A stretch of DNA of 64,000 nucleotides from Eledone cirrhosa (taxonomy: Eukaryota). Under the pieces are notes generated by a model. That model worked only from the letters and a program-made list of their open reading frames with translations. It did not search any database and had not been told where the DNA came from. Positions 26,014 through 38,766 of the stretch are shown here, piece by piece; the first letter of the stretch is position 1; every line of letters begins with the position of its first letter. Location: assembly GCA_964016885.1 (NCBI GenBank), contig CAXHJY010001203.1, forward strand, positions 32,853-96,852, written 5' to 3'. Both the position numbers and the translations under genes were made by a program.

Positions 26014-26645
26014 TATATGATTTTTAAAGCGATGAAATACCAATGAAGGTTGGAAAATCACTGACGAAGGCCTTTTTTTCATATGTAACCCATGTGCAAC
26101 CACGCAGTATTCTTTCTTCTCATGTTTTTTATATATATTTTCCTCGGCTGCGTTTGTCTGTTTCTCTCTTACTGCTTCCCCGCTCTCTCTGTTTCTCTCA
26201 CCTTCTTTCGTCCCCTCTGTTAGTTACACTTTCTCTTGACTGGCCACTTCCACTCACTCACACTCTGTTTCTCCCCTTCTCACTTCCTCCCGTTTAGCTT
26301 GTAGTGGGTTCTCTTCTTGCTCACATCTCACTCACGTCGGGTGGTCTGTATCTCGCTCGCTCGCTCATGAAATCCACCCAGCTTAAGCTGACCGGATAAC
26401 CATGTTGCTTGTTTTTTCCTATCTTTGCGTTGCTATCAATACTTCTATGTTTGTTTACTTGTCTCGCTCGCTTTACGCGATTCACTTGTCCCAATAGCTT
26501 TATTTAGCTATTGCTCGCATCAACCGGAGGTATATGATTTTTAAAGCGATGAAATACCAATGAAGGTTGGAAAATCACTGACGAAGGACTTTTTATCATA
26601 TGTAACCCATGTGCAACCACGCAGTATTCTTTCTTCTCATGTTTT
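26014..26645 (+). repeat. ~115-bp direct repeats (period 517) around a pyrimidine-rich spacer, pLTR-like
   Basis: 26014-26130 matches 26531-26645. Both carry CTGACGA-a-gg(c/a)c and end in (TA)n. Confidence 0.7.
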
Positions 26646-26699
26646 ATATATATATATATATATACGTGTATATATGTAAGCTTGTGAGTATATATATAT

Positions 26700-26751
<52 letters not shown>

Positions 26752-27235
26752 CCACACGCGCGCATATATATAAACGTGTGAGTACGTATATATATATATA
26801 CATACATACACACACATACGCGTGCATATATGTAAGCGTGTGAGTACGTGTGTGAAGAGAGAAATATTGATGAGATACTGAAGAATCAAGGATATAGTGG
26901 ATTGTTAGAATTGTTAGAACGTCGGATATTAGGTATTTGTTTTGGTGCTTTACATTTTGTGTTCAATTTCCGCTGAAATCAACTTTGCCTTTCATCTTTT
27001 CGGGGTTGATAAAATTATGTAGTCAAGTACTCAAGTAGATTAACTAACCCCTCCTCCCAAAATTCTGATTTTGTATCTCTATTAGAAACGATTTTCATTA
27101 TTTTGGCATGTCAACTTTTATTTTCAATAAGATTGTTTCATCAAATAACTTCGAGAGAATTTTCTCCATCATAAAATTTTGCCGATTGTCTGATATGTAA
27201 ATATAGACTGAAAGTAACCTACTTAGTTGAAATTT

Positions 27236-27415
27236 AATTGTTTCTACTTTAGGCACAAGGCCAGCAATTACCAAGTGTATTACTGGTACTTTATTTTATC
27301 GACCCCGTCAGGATGAAAGCCAAAGTTAACCTCGGCGGGATTTGAACTCAGACCGTAAAGGGACGTAACTATGCTGGAAAGCATGGCGTCCGACCCTCTA
27401 CCGATACTGCCAATT
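27236..27415 (-). mobile_element. SINE family A, young subfamily
   Basis: 12-bp TSD TTGAAATTTAAT (27227-27238, 27414-27425). Confidence 0.9.
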
Positions 27416-28539
27416 GAAATTTAATGAAATGACATCAGATTCACAAATATTGCCATTGTTCTTTCAAATGCACAAACGATAATGACATTATAACGCGTGC
27501 GAAATGTATATTTCAGAAAACTATATTAAGAGTAGATACATTTGAGTTAGACTTATAGTCTAAGTGCTCCTGTTTTTCAGTAGTTTGATTGTAATCGTGA
27601 TAATTGGGAAATTTACCTTGAACATCTTAATGCATATTTCAAAACGTACAACATTGTCGTGGCCAATAAAAAGAAATCATTTCTGCGATTCCTTATTACA
27701 CTGACGATCAACTATCCGATTGCGAAGAACGAGACAGTTTCTTATAAAATAACTACTGACAAATTGGCCGACCATTTCGGGAAACTCAGCATTATCTGAT
27801 AACATCTAATAAATTGCATCAATATATAATGAAGACGGGTTAAATATGTTGATTGGGAATTTGAGATAAAATTGTAAGTTTAAAAATTCGTAAATAATGC
27901 ATTGAATAGCGTCGATCGGCTGATATGTCACAGTTATGTTACACGAGGAAATACGACGTGTGTGGTTTTACAATGAAATCTATGATTTGGAGATATATTA
28001 ATGCTCATAAAATCCATTGTTCGTACTAAAGAAGTCGAAAAACCACTTAGTGGTACGATATTATCGATATCTCTGTAATTTCGTTGGATTAAATTTAAAA
28101 TGATAAAAATAAAGTTGCTTGTAATTAAAATTCAAATAAAAATTAAATAACCAATGGAAAACTTGTGTAAATTGTTATAATGATCACGAATAAAGATATT
28201 CTTCATTTAAGAATAGGAAATATAATTCATATTAAAAAAATGAGTCATATAGCGTTGGCGTGCATGACAACAAATCGAAATTACAAGGCCCAGCCTACTA
28301 TAAAAATTATAGTCTACGTGATAATGATTCTATTGGTAGTATAATACGAATCAAATTAATTGACCATTGAAGCTAATTCAGTATACATTAAAAACGTTAG
28401 GAAGAAATCGGGAATAAATGTTATATTTCAACACCAATCAATAGTAAATGGATTGATTTAAATATAAAATTGTCGGACCTCCACTATTAAACCTATACCA
28501 ATAGCAGTATAGGTTTATCGCAATAACGAAATTCCACTT

Positions 28540-30020
28540 AAAGTAAAATGCCTATAACATACTAAAATTAGAAATAAATAACTGAAAGTTGGAAAATATT
28601 GATAGTTTTTGGAATGAACTGTTTAAGGATTTCTTGTATATCTATGCCAATAAAATTACTGGTTTTGTTCCTAATAGTTTCTAACTTAGGGCGCAGACGG
28701 ATGATTGAGTTGAGTCCAGTACTTTACTGGTACTTTATTTTAATGGCCACAGAAGGATGAAAGGCAAAGTTGACCCCGGTGTGACAAGAACCCTGAAGGT
28801 CGTAATAATATAAAGCATCTCATCCGACGCTCTACCAGCCCTGCCAATCCACACCCCTTTATTTTTAATACTTTTGATAATTCAACAGATTTGAATATTG
28901 AAAATAAAGTTGATTTATAAACTAAAAATTCCGTAGTAATTTCACCTACATTAAATCCTTACGCGTAAATACAGGTCCTAATTCTACTATATCACAGTAT
29001 GAAACGAATTTATTGGAAAGCCAGGCTGTTACTAGTTTCAAACGCCGAATTGATAAAAGAATTGGAACGTAAACTGCTGGTCAGTACATAGATTACAGCC
29101 ACTGGGATGCGGCAATCGTTGATCTTTGGAATCAAAACGGAAAAATTTATTATCAACAAATGGGCTGAATACTTAAATATAAACTATTTTATAAACTGAG
29201 GATGGGCACCAGCGTAATGGATTTATAAGGTCGAGAAGATTCATAAAACATATTTGTAATAAATACTCCTTTTAGTCTTCATAGGTAGTTCGGAGTTTTC
29301 AGTGCACCTGTTGTATTTCAACATCAAATGTTATCTGTAATAAAGCTGATTATCAGAATGAGATTAATATCACCGGGACGACGGGGGAGTATTCAAACAA
29401 AAAAATATTTAATCAGTTAAAATTCTGGCTTAAATTGTCAAGAAAAATGCCAGATTTCCCCACAGGAGTCGACTATCTTGACAATATTATTAACGCATTT
29501 AATTAAAGATTACTCGGAAAAAATTACTGATTCCACAAATGTGAATGAAGTATTAGCATTTGTCTCGAAAGTCAAATGTTATCGCATGTCCATTAAGTCC
29601 ATGGCAAACTTTGCTGCACCGTTATATTTCATAAAAATGTAGCGGTGAAGTTTTCTGATGATTGTCGACAAACATTTGGGGAGTTGAAGCAACTGATTGA
29701 GTACACAGATCTCATATATTAAAGTGAAAATTCACCACTGCCTTAGGCAGATATATCGCTAGTATGTGTTGGAGATATTCTGATACATCTAAAACATTAA
29801 ATGCATATGAACAACGATATTAGCAAATATATAAAGACAGATTATTATATTCGGTTTTCACAAATTTAATAAATTTCTATATGGGCAACGTTTTGAATTC
29901 ATAACTGATCACAAATCGCTAATATATATTTTCTCACCGGGTGAAAATATACCGGTAATCACATCTCAGCTACTGCAGCATTGAGTGATGTTATTCGCAC
30001 CGTAATAACAAATACAATAC
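28540..30020 (+). pseudogene. Decayed Gypsy/Ty3 pol (RT-RNase H), interrupted by a SINE
   Basis: Frame-broken motifs DYSHWDAAIV, FGVFSAPVVFQHQM, TNVNEVLAFV..YR..I..MANFAAPLY, KFNKFLYGQRFEFITDHKSLIYIFSPGENIPVITSQLLQH. Gag/protease remnants may extend back to ~27430. Confidence 0.75.
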
Positions 30021-30399
30021 AATATGATAGAAGGTTCAAATTAATACAAAAATTATAATTCATCATTATAAACACCAATTAGACCTGATTATGATTTTGA
30101 TAAAGTCATGAAAATTTTTTAATTTAGATTCAAAATACATTCAAATAATTGAAACTCTCAATTGAATACGAATTATGAGTAAGGAAATTGAATCACCCAT
30201 GAAGTCTGATATCAATATTATATTTACTGCTGTTAATCCGGGTTGCTTATTCGTTCGGCCGCTGCACGCTTATATCACAACTAACCATCATATCTGGTGG
30301 TCGTGTCGCTCTCCGCCACCCGTTCTCCAGCAGAACAGCTCTGCTGAGAATATCATTGATTTGTTTTCGAAACTTTCAAATGTTGTTTCCAATTAATAA

Positions 30400-30655
30400 T
30401 AAAACTGAGAGATTACAGCTCCGATATTATGGGTATGTGGTTAGAATGTCTCAGGAAAGAATTACTGGACAGATTTTATGGACAGGAGACCCAAGCAAGA
30501 TGGTTGGGTAACATCCATGAGGTTGGCTAGTCTCGCTTGGGGATCCAGCCGGATCAGCTGGAGATGGCTGCTTCTGACAGGACCCGCTGGAAGGAGTGTT
30601 TGAGGACTCTGTAACCACGACCCTCTCAGGAAAAAGTGAGGAAAGAAGAAGAAGA
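30400..30655 (+). mobile_element. RTE-like LINE 3' fragment
   Basis: QLRYYGYVVRMSQERITGQIL motif and a (GAA)n tail; homologous to 21780-22063. Confidence 0.7.
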
Positions 30656-33600
30656 CATTGGTAATACTCAGTAAAACTTTCGATATTTAATGATTGGCCG
30701 ATGGAACTGTTTATGCCCTCTAAATTCACATTATTTTGCAATCAAATCGATATTTGGTCTGATTGGCCTTTCATCCGTTTGCAAACAAGAAATTCGAATA
30801 GTATTGAATATCATTAATTGGTGGAAGAACAATCAAATATTTTCTTCTCATAACGTTCTGCGTATATATGTCACATGCTTTGTTTCACTGATAAATGGAC
30901 CTCCATTAGATCATAATTGGAGAACAACACTCGGATGCAAATTTCTTTGTTGGCTGTCTCATGCCAGGTGTGAATATTGACTCTAGAGAAAGTATTCTGA
31001 TTTGAAACGTCGAAAAGTCATTATTATCTCGTAGCCATATAAAGCGATGTAAAGACTTTTTAATTTCTATCTTACAACATAATGGTATAATAACATTCTG
31101 AATGGGTGCTGTTATTTCTTATCTTCAGATAAGCTCTGGTCTAGCAATTCTATAAACAAAGATATTACAGTCATTACCTTTTTATAAGATATAGTGTATC
31201 TAAGACAAGATGTAGATGGTAGAAATTTTGTTGCTATTTCTAGAATTTTGAGCGACTGCGTATAAGTTCCTTCTGAAAAATTATTGCTTGGCTGAGATCA
31301 GTCCTCATGGAAGAGACTTCTGGTGAAAGCCATCCCACTTCGAACACCTCGTGTTTCACTCATCACGGCAAATCACCCCACATAACCTTCGTGTGAAATA
31401 ATTTTCGTCGGGGAAGACCGCCACTTATTTCTTCAGATTCCAAATTTTACCGCTTTACCGTTCATTTTATTCTCCACGACTTGCTTCTTCCTAATATATA
31501 GAAAATAACACTATAGATTACGTCGAATGATTTATGTATTTATTCAGTTTGTTTGCTACATTAAGCCTAACGTAGATGAAAGCTATTGCCGATGACAAAA
31601 GATACTTGTGAAACTTGCGACGAATTTTAGTGGTATTTATTCAGGCAAGGTCAGGTGTATGAGACCTTTGTTCTTCTTGCTGACCCAAAAGAAGACTAAC
31701 GATATATCGCCGTCTTTGAAGTATCACGTAAAAGTCGTTAGGTTTTCAAATTTAAATCCATAGTACTGGAAACAAATTTTCTTTGATAAAAAATGAGGCG
31801 CAGTATAACAATAGACAAAAGGTGATATATATTTAAGTTTAAATTTAGTAAAAATAATTAGAACTATCTGATTTTATTTATGTGAGTGTAGACAGTAATA
31901 AACTAACATTGTATATTTTTAAGAAAGAGGATATGGGCTTTTGTGACATTGATTCTTTATCAATGGAATTTGCTGCATATATTAAATATTTAAGCAGTAA
32001 TCGAAACCGTGTACTTACCTCTTACTGTACAGCGTTCGACTGTAATTTCAGCATAGATTCAAAGTTCTCAATTGAGATATCTATATTGATTTCTTTAACT
32101 AGGCACAATACATACATACTATTATTGTTTTTAGCATCAAGGACAACGTTGAACAGCCAAACTTTATGTATATCTAGGTTTACGTTGTTCAATGTGTCCT
32201 TGAAATTTCAAGATAGGTTATGATTTGAGAGAATTGGCTGTTATTTCTGTTTTATTGACTCATAGACATTTATGTGTTTAGAAGATATTAAATCGGAGGA
32301 TTGTGATATTTGCTTATCCCAAATCCTCTATCTGTGTAAACTTCAGTTTGCTAGGTTCGTACACCTTATTCTTCGATGTGTGCTAGATTTGATATAAAAT
32401 ATACATGTAATTATGTGCTGGGTGCTGTGGAACAGGGTCGAAGAACCAGTTTACATTCTCGATTCACCTACAAAAGAAGAATGTGAAATGTTTACGATGT
32501 CTTTTAATGCTTATTTTAGGCTATGTTTTTCATTTAGTCCCTTTGAACTTTGAAAATAACCTTTCACTTCTGCAGTTTATATCCAAATAAATTCACGAGC
32601 TGATTACTTCGTTGGGAAAACGGGTAAAACTGAAATTTTAAATACCTTGTATTGTGTTGTGCAAAGCAGCAGGTTTATTTACATCTTTTACCCTTTTTTT
32701 ACTGATTATAGCCAGTAAACTGACTATATTGCGGAGCTCTATCAACGTTGTTATAACCTTTACTGTGTTGTTATTGTTAGTAAGTATATAGCCAAAAATT
32801 TAGCCGATTGATCTGGTCTATGATATAGGTGCTCAATCCGTGCCATCCTTTCTTTTTTTATCAGCGTGCATCTAGAATTACATTATCAATCGGGTTTTCC
32901 CATTAAAAGATTAAATGTAATTTGAAGGAGTATTGTTAATATTTCAAACGTCGTGTGACTGCGTAATATCTCCCACGTAAACCCATGTTTGTTATTTTGT
33001 GATTGTTTCACACTGCTGTCCTCGTGTATATCTCTTGAGCTGTCAGTTCAGCCAGGTTGTTACATAGGATGAAAACAAAGTATCTAGACCTTAGTACAAT
33101 GAGATCAAAAGGCTTGGCACTATCCAATGCCAACCACATTGGAGTATTGCGCAGCTTTCAATACCAAAATTTGGTACCAGTGACTTTAAGATCTTTCAAA
33201 TATAAATTACTGTATATTTCATCCTTCTCTGCGAGAAGTAGAGATTTAGCCCGTTGATACCAAACCCCCTGAAACCTCACTGCTTCTACAATACTAAGCT
33301 GTTTATTTTAGTGTTTATATTTATCAAATTTCGTCATAATTTCATGTGTAATCGTTATGTTCCAAAGCGTCAGCTTAAAAATAAAAAAAAATATTTGAAA
33401 ATCTCAAGCCATTCTTACATTAGAAATATAGTTATAAAAGGTTAAATATGCCCGCCTTCCTCGTAGCTTAGCTGATATATACAGAAAACCTTGTTTATGT
33501 AAAACTGTTAAATTACTTCCAGTTCAGTAGTGAGCTTCACATTATTTAAGAGACTATAGCTGAAAACAATCTATAAGTCTTTTACAAATCCAACAGAACC

Positions 33601-34448
33601 TTTTGTTCTTTAGTAGGTAATGTTCTCTTGTTTCATGCTATTAGTCGTCTGTACGTTGTTATTTTAATCACATGCCCATGAAACTATGTTTCAATACTCA
33701 TAATTCCCCCAGCCTCATAAAATTTCTCCTGGTCTTGTGTATCCAAGCTGCAATGCATTAGAGAAGTGATAGTTAAGTACTTGAAACATTTCAGCATTAG
33801 ATTCCATTGTAAAAGCCTATAACAAATGAAGTCGTGAATACTGTTAAATCATTCATAAATTTACCTAACGTTTATTTCCTCTGTAATTATGGGACTTGAT
33901 ACATAGTAAAGAAAAAAATTCACTAAGAATCATCATCGTCGAATAAGAAATATATTCTCACAAACCCGAGACCACAACCCACTTCGGCTCTCAGCTATAC
34001 ATTTCACTCGCTCAAAGGTGATAAAAGAGGTACAGACGTTAGCGTCTCAACTGCTTTTTCTACAAATATGAGGCAATGTCTTTGTCAAGTTAAATCAATG
34101 TTTTCAATCATATGTATATAATTGTTCTTTAAACTATTCGGGTCTATTATTTAATAAGTGTATATTTTCATCGCCTCACCTCACCACATTGCAAAGAATA
34201 AAGAGTTTTCCTAATTATGTTTAAGTCAGTTACGGCTATTTTCAAACGCTTACTGTAACCGCACTGTCAGTTATGCAATTAAGACATTCGTTTCTCAACG
34301 ATCCCACTGTGCGCTACATTAGGCAAGTATATGTGACCATAGTTACAGGTCAGCCAATACCTTGTGAGTCACATTTGGTATACTTAATTCGTCGCCTTGT
34401 ATATTACCAATACTTAGCCATTTATTACCTTCAATCGACACTCTAGGC

Positions 34449-34626
34449 CAGTGATTCTCAACCAGTGTGCCGTGAGATCTTCCTAAGTGTGCCGCGAAAT
34501 TTTATTTTCGCCATGTTTTTATTTTGTAAAATTCAAATATTTTTCATATATATTTAGCCAGGTGTGCCGCTATTTTTTCATGTGTTCCAAGGTGTGCCGT
34601 TGGCAAAAAAAGGTTGAGAACCACTG
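34449..34626. mobile_element. hAT (Charlie-like) MITE
   Basis: TIRs CAGTGATTCTCAACC / GGTTGAGAACCACTG, perfect 8-bp TSD CTCTAGGC, four internal GTGTGCCG subterminal motifs. Confidence 0.92.
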
Positions 34627-35699
34627 CTCTAGGCTGTTGCCAGTATCCCAACCAGGTCTCCGTTCTGAGGATAAATTTCTCCTTTCTTCAGATTTGGAGA
34701 CTCTGAAAAGTGATCACAGTCGCTGATCTTCCTTATCTTGACTAGGCACTTAAAAAAAGTAAATCCCCTATGACCTTATATACAACTCAGTTCTGATTTC
34801 CAGAGAAAGCGAGCTCACTTTATTTACTTATATTAAAGTATTACTGCAACCCGATGGAAATGTTTCAGATGCCTTTTCTATTCTTTTGAAGTATGAAGAA
34901 CTCACCAACAGTGTATGGATATCTCTGATTATGAAAGTAATTGACACTACCGCACTACTGCCTGCCATAGATAAATATTTATCCTTAATATTTACTGTTA
35001 TTGGAATACGCAATTTTTAAACTGATTATATACACGTGTGTTTGTATCTATGTGTGTGTAGTAGAGGGGATATGTATGAATAGAAGCCTAACTATATCAA
35101 CTGTACACCATCTGCTCATTTCAGAAGCGACGCCATATGATTTAGTACACACCCTGTTAACTAGTTTAATGAATTACTCTATACTGTTTATCTTTTGAGT
35201 CACATTTCCTGTCTTTTCATATCACTCGTTGCATGAATGGATGCTTTTTCTTTCTCAATGCAGTGAATTTCTTACGTGAACACCTGTACTTGTGTTTTTA
35301 TTTCGACTCGTGTATCTTTTCTTTATTTCACGAGTATTTGGAAATGTTGTTTCATATCCAGGTGTTATTTAGGGAGTTAATAGAATGGGTTTGTGCTTTC
35401 TGTTTATTTTCTCACTGGAGAAAAGAAAAAAAGCACTCTGTTTATTGAGTCAGTTTCCACTGTAGGAAACGCTAAAACACTAAAGTGCACATTGAAGTGA
35501 AATTGAATATTCTGCCTCTCTGTTGTTTGGTTTATATCAGTCCGCTGGTAATTGTTCTTTTGCTTGCAAGAAGCTTTTCTCACCAACAAAGCTTCAAGCT
35601 ACGAATCTCAATTGATACAACTGATGTGTACTTCAATATTCAAATCACTCGGCTTACTCAAATGTCATGTTATATTCTGTTGAGAATAAGTTATCTGTC

Positions 35700-35741
<42 letters not shown>

Positions 35742-37294
35742 GCGTAGCTAACATCAATATTTGATTTTATATTCCATTGTTATATTATATACTTTTTGTT
35801 CGTTGCTTTTCATATTTTAATACTACTAACTTTAACTCTATCAATATCTTTTTTTTCTTATTCGGATAAGATTTCCTGAAATATTTCCGAGTTAATAGAA
35901 CTTAGTTATTTTTTAAAATCTTACCTGCTGAAAGAAACATTGTTTTATATTAACATTTATCTTTAATCATTTTTTTTTTAGCTCCGTGACAGCTCTGATC
36001 GAACAGATCTATATTCAGAGCTAGTTCAACCATAACCAGCTGAGGGCATACATAATGTCTCCTGACGTATCCAATATACCCAATCTCCTACTTGAAGATG
36101 ACACAGTGAAATCCGAATGACCGACATTCCCAGCATCCCAGCAGATTGAATGACCATGCAAAACTCTTTCGTTGGTCCCATGGTCAAAGATTTCTTGTTT
36201 ATCTACAAACCAAAGCTGCTCCAGATGTAACAAGCCCGTCATTCTGAACATTGGCCGATGTCTTCTTAAAGAACGATAGAGAATTATCTGGAGAATTGTT
36301 TGCTATTTCTAGATGTAACTACAGAACTAGTCTTCTTCGAAATGAGTGAAGGAGTAGAAATAGAGGAATGGTAGTTTTGCAGACAAAATGCCTGCTGTTA
36401 CTACAGTCACTTTTATTCCACAAAATTGACTGGTATTGTGCCATCTTCATTCATACCACTTTTGACTCAGTCCTCTCTTCTCCTCTCATCATACATATTA
36501 CGTCCCTTATGATCCTCACAAGGCATTACATCTAGTTCTTTCTTCCCAGAATGTCTGTCCTCCGGAATTCTCTTTCTGCACATGCTTTCATATATATATA
36601 TATTGTTTTGTAACAATGGCATTAACCACACTGATGTCAGTGGTGGCAGGCGAGTGAGGGGTGGGTGGATAAACCATAGGCACAAACCCTTCCTCCAGAT
36701 CCTTCCAGAAAGAAATTATGACTAAGGTTCTAAGTTCAAATTCACGTTGATTTTTTTTACTCTCACCATTTTATGATACACAAAAGAAGTAGCAGTTGTG
36801 CATTAGAGGCGATTAAAACCGACTACACGTCTCTTTAAAATGTATGTGTGTACCCTAGAAATAGGAATTTTTGTTTATATTCTTCATTAGTATTGTGGGA
36901 TGGCTTATGCCTCGAGTTTCAACCTTAAGTTTGCCTTTCTGTCCTCAAGAACTCATAACTTAAGTTAGGGTAAATTTCTGAAGTAAATTCACTCTACTAA
37001 ACTTAAATTTAAATTTTAATAATTTCAAATTTCAGACCTCTCTTGGCTTTCTTGAAAATTTATCATTAACGCTGATACGTTTTCTTCTTACAACGTGTGT
37101 AATCTCAATTGATTAAAAATTATAAGCTCACAATTTTAAGCATGTTATCCCGCACTTTACTTGCTAAATTAGTCGTGCGTCTCGTCAAAAGAAATCAATT
37201 ATTTCATTGTTCAATTGCTCTTAATATTTTAAATATATTTACATAAAAGTTATAACATGCAAATAAATCTATTTGGACAGACACACGCACGCAT

Positions 37295-37370
<76 letters not shown>

Positions 37371-38384
37371 ATAGTACACAGAGGAATAAAACCCCTTTTT
37401 TTTCCAGAAGCGAGAAGCCAATTTATTTTCATGCAAAACCTATACACATCATTGTGCCACAAAGTAAAATGGAGTTTGTTTCTAGTTTCTTTGCATGGGA
37501 ATAAATAAGTTCTAATATCTTAATCCGCTTCAAAATATAATAGAAAGAAAAGACATGTAACTTCCGGACATGCAGTCACATAAAGGTTTTCATTTAGTAA
37601 AAATGGCTGGAAACATCTTCATAATAAAAATGTGAACAATCAAGAGAATCATCAATCCTGGTTTACATGCTATAAATACACACATGGTAATAATGTAACC
37701 TGAAGAAAAGGTAGGAAATTGAACCTGATAGTTTATGCTTTCATTTTATTCTCTCAATGGTATAGTGTTGAGTTCAATAAATACTTGGCGCAGACATGGT
37801 CTTCAGAGTAAGAAATTCGCTTCGGGTCTTATCCCATTTTTAACGAGTGTCTTTCGCCATAGCTTCCGGTCAGTCAAACCTTTCTGAGGGAAATTTGATA
37901 GGCATAAGCTGAGAAGTAACCCTTCAGCTGGACTGTTCGTATTTATGGGTAGCTAATTTAATTTATCATTCTGTCTAACGTCATTACCTGGTCATTGGAT
38001 GCCTATAGCCGGACTCCCACACACACACGACATGCTTCTGAAGTATCTTACTAAATTCCGCTTAAAGGCGCAGCTATAGAAGAAGACATGTCCAAAGTAC
38101 CACATAGTTGGACTAAGCTCGAAACTCCTTAACCACACAACCATAGCCACACCAATAATCTCTCTCTCAAATCTCCAAAATAGGAAGGTGCACAGGACAA
38201 AAACAACGTAAAAACGGACATTCCCTTCTCCTCAGCCAACCTCTAGACATCACTATAGTTTCAATAATTAAGATTAATACTATTAATTCCAGTGCACATT
38301 GGGACGCAATAAAACAAGTACACGGGACGAATTAAACACATATGGACGAAAAAAGAAAAAAATACTACAAACCAAAGTGCACTG

Positions 38385-38422
<38 letters not shown>

Positions 38423-38492
38423 CAGAGTTATATATATTATATGTATATATTTATACAGACTTATATATAATATTTGTGTATATTTATACAGA

Positions 38493-38545
<53 letters not shown>

Positions 38546-38695
38546 TTATATTATATATATACAGACTTATATATTTTATATATATATGTAACCAAAATTA
38601 AATTAAGGATGTCATGTTTGAAAAACATGCGCCATAACCTCTGTGATTGTTTCATATATTTATTTTATATATATATATGTCAATCGATTTCTAGT

Positions 38696-38759
<64 letters not shown>

Positions 38760-38766
38760 GTATATA

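Noticed and set aside
31298-31370. Minus-strand GTGATGA...CTGA (C/D snoRNA-like) or a degenerate hammerhead
   Set aside because: No terminal stem, no recognisable rRNA guide, and several core mismatches for a hammerhead.
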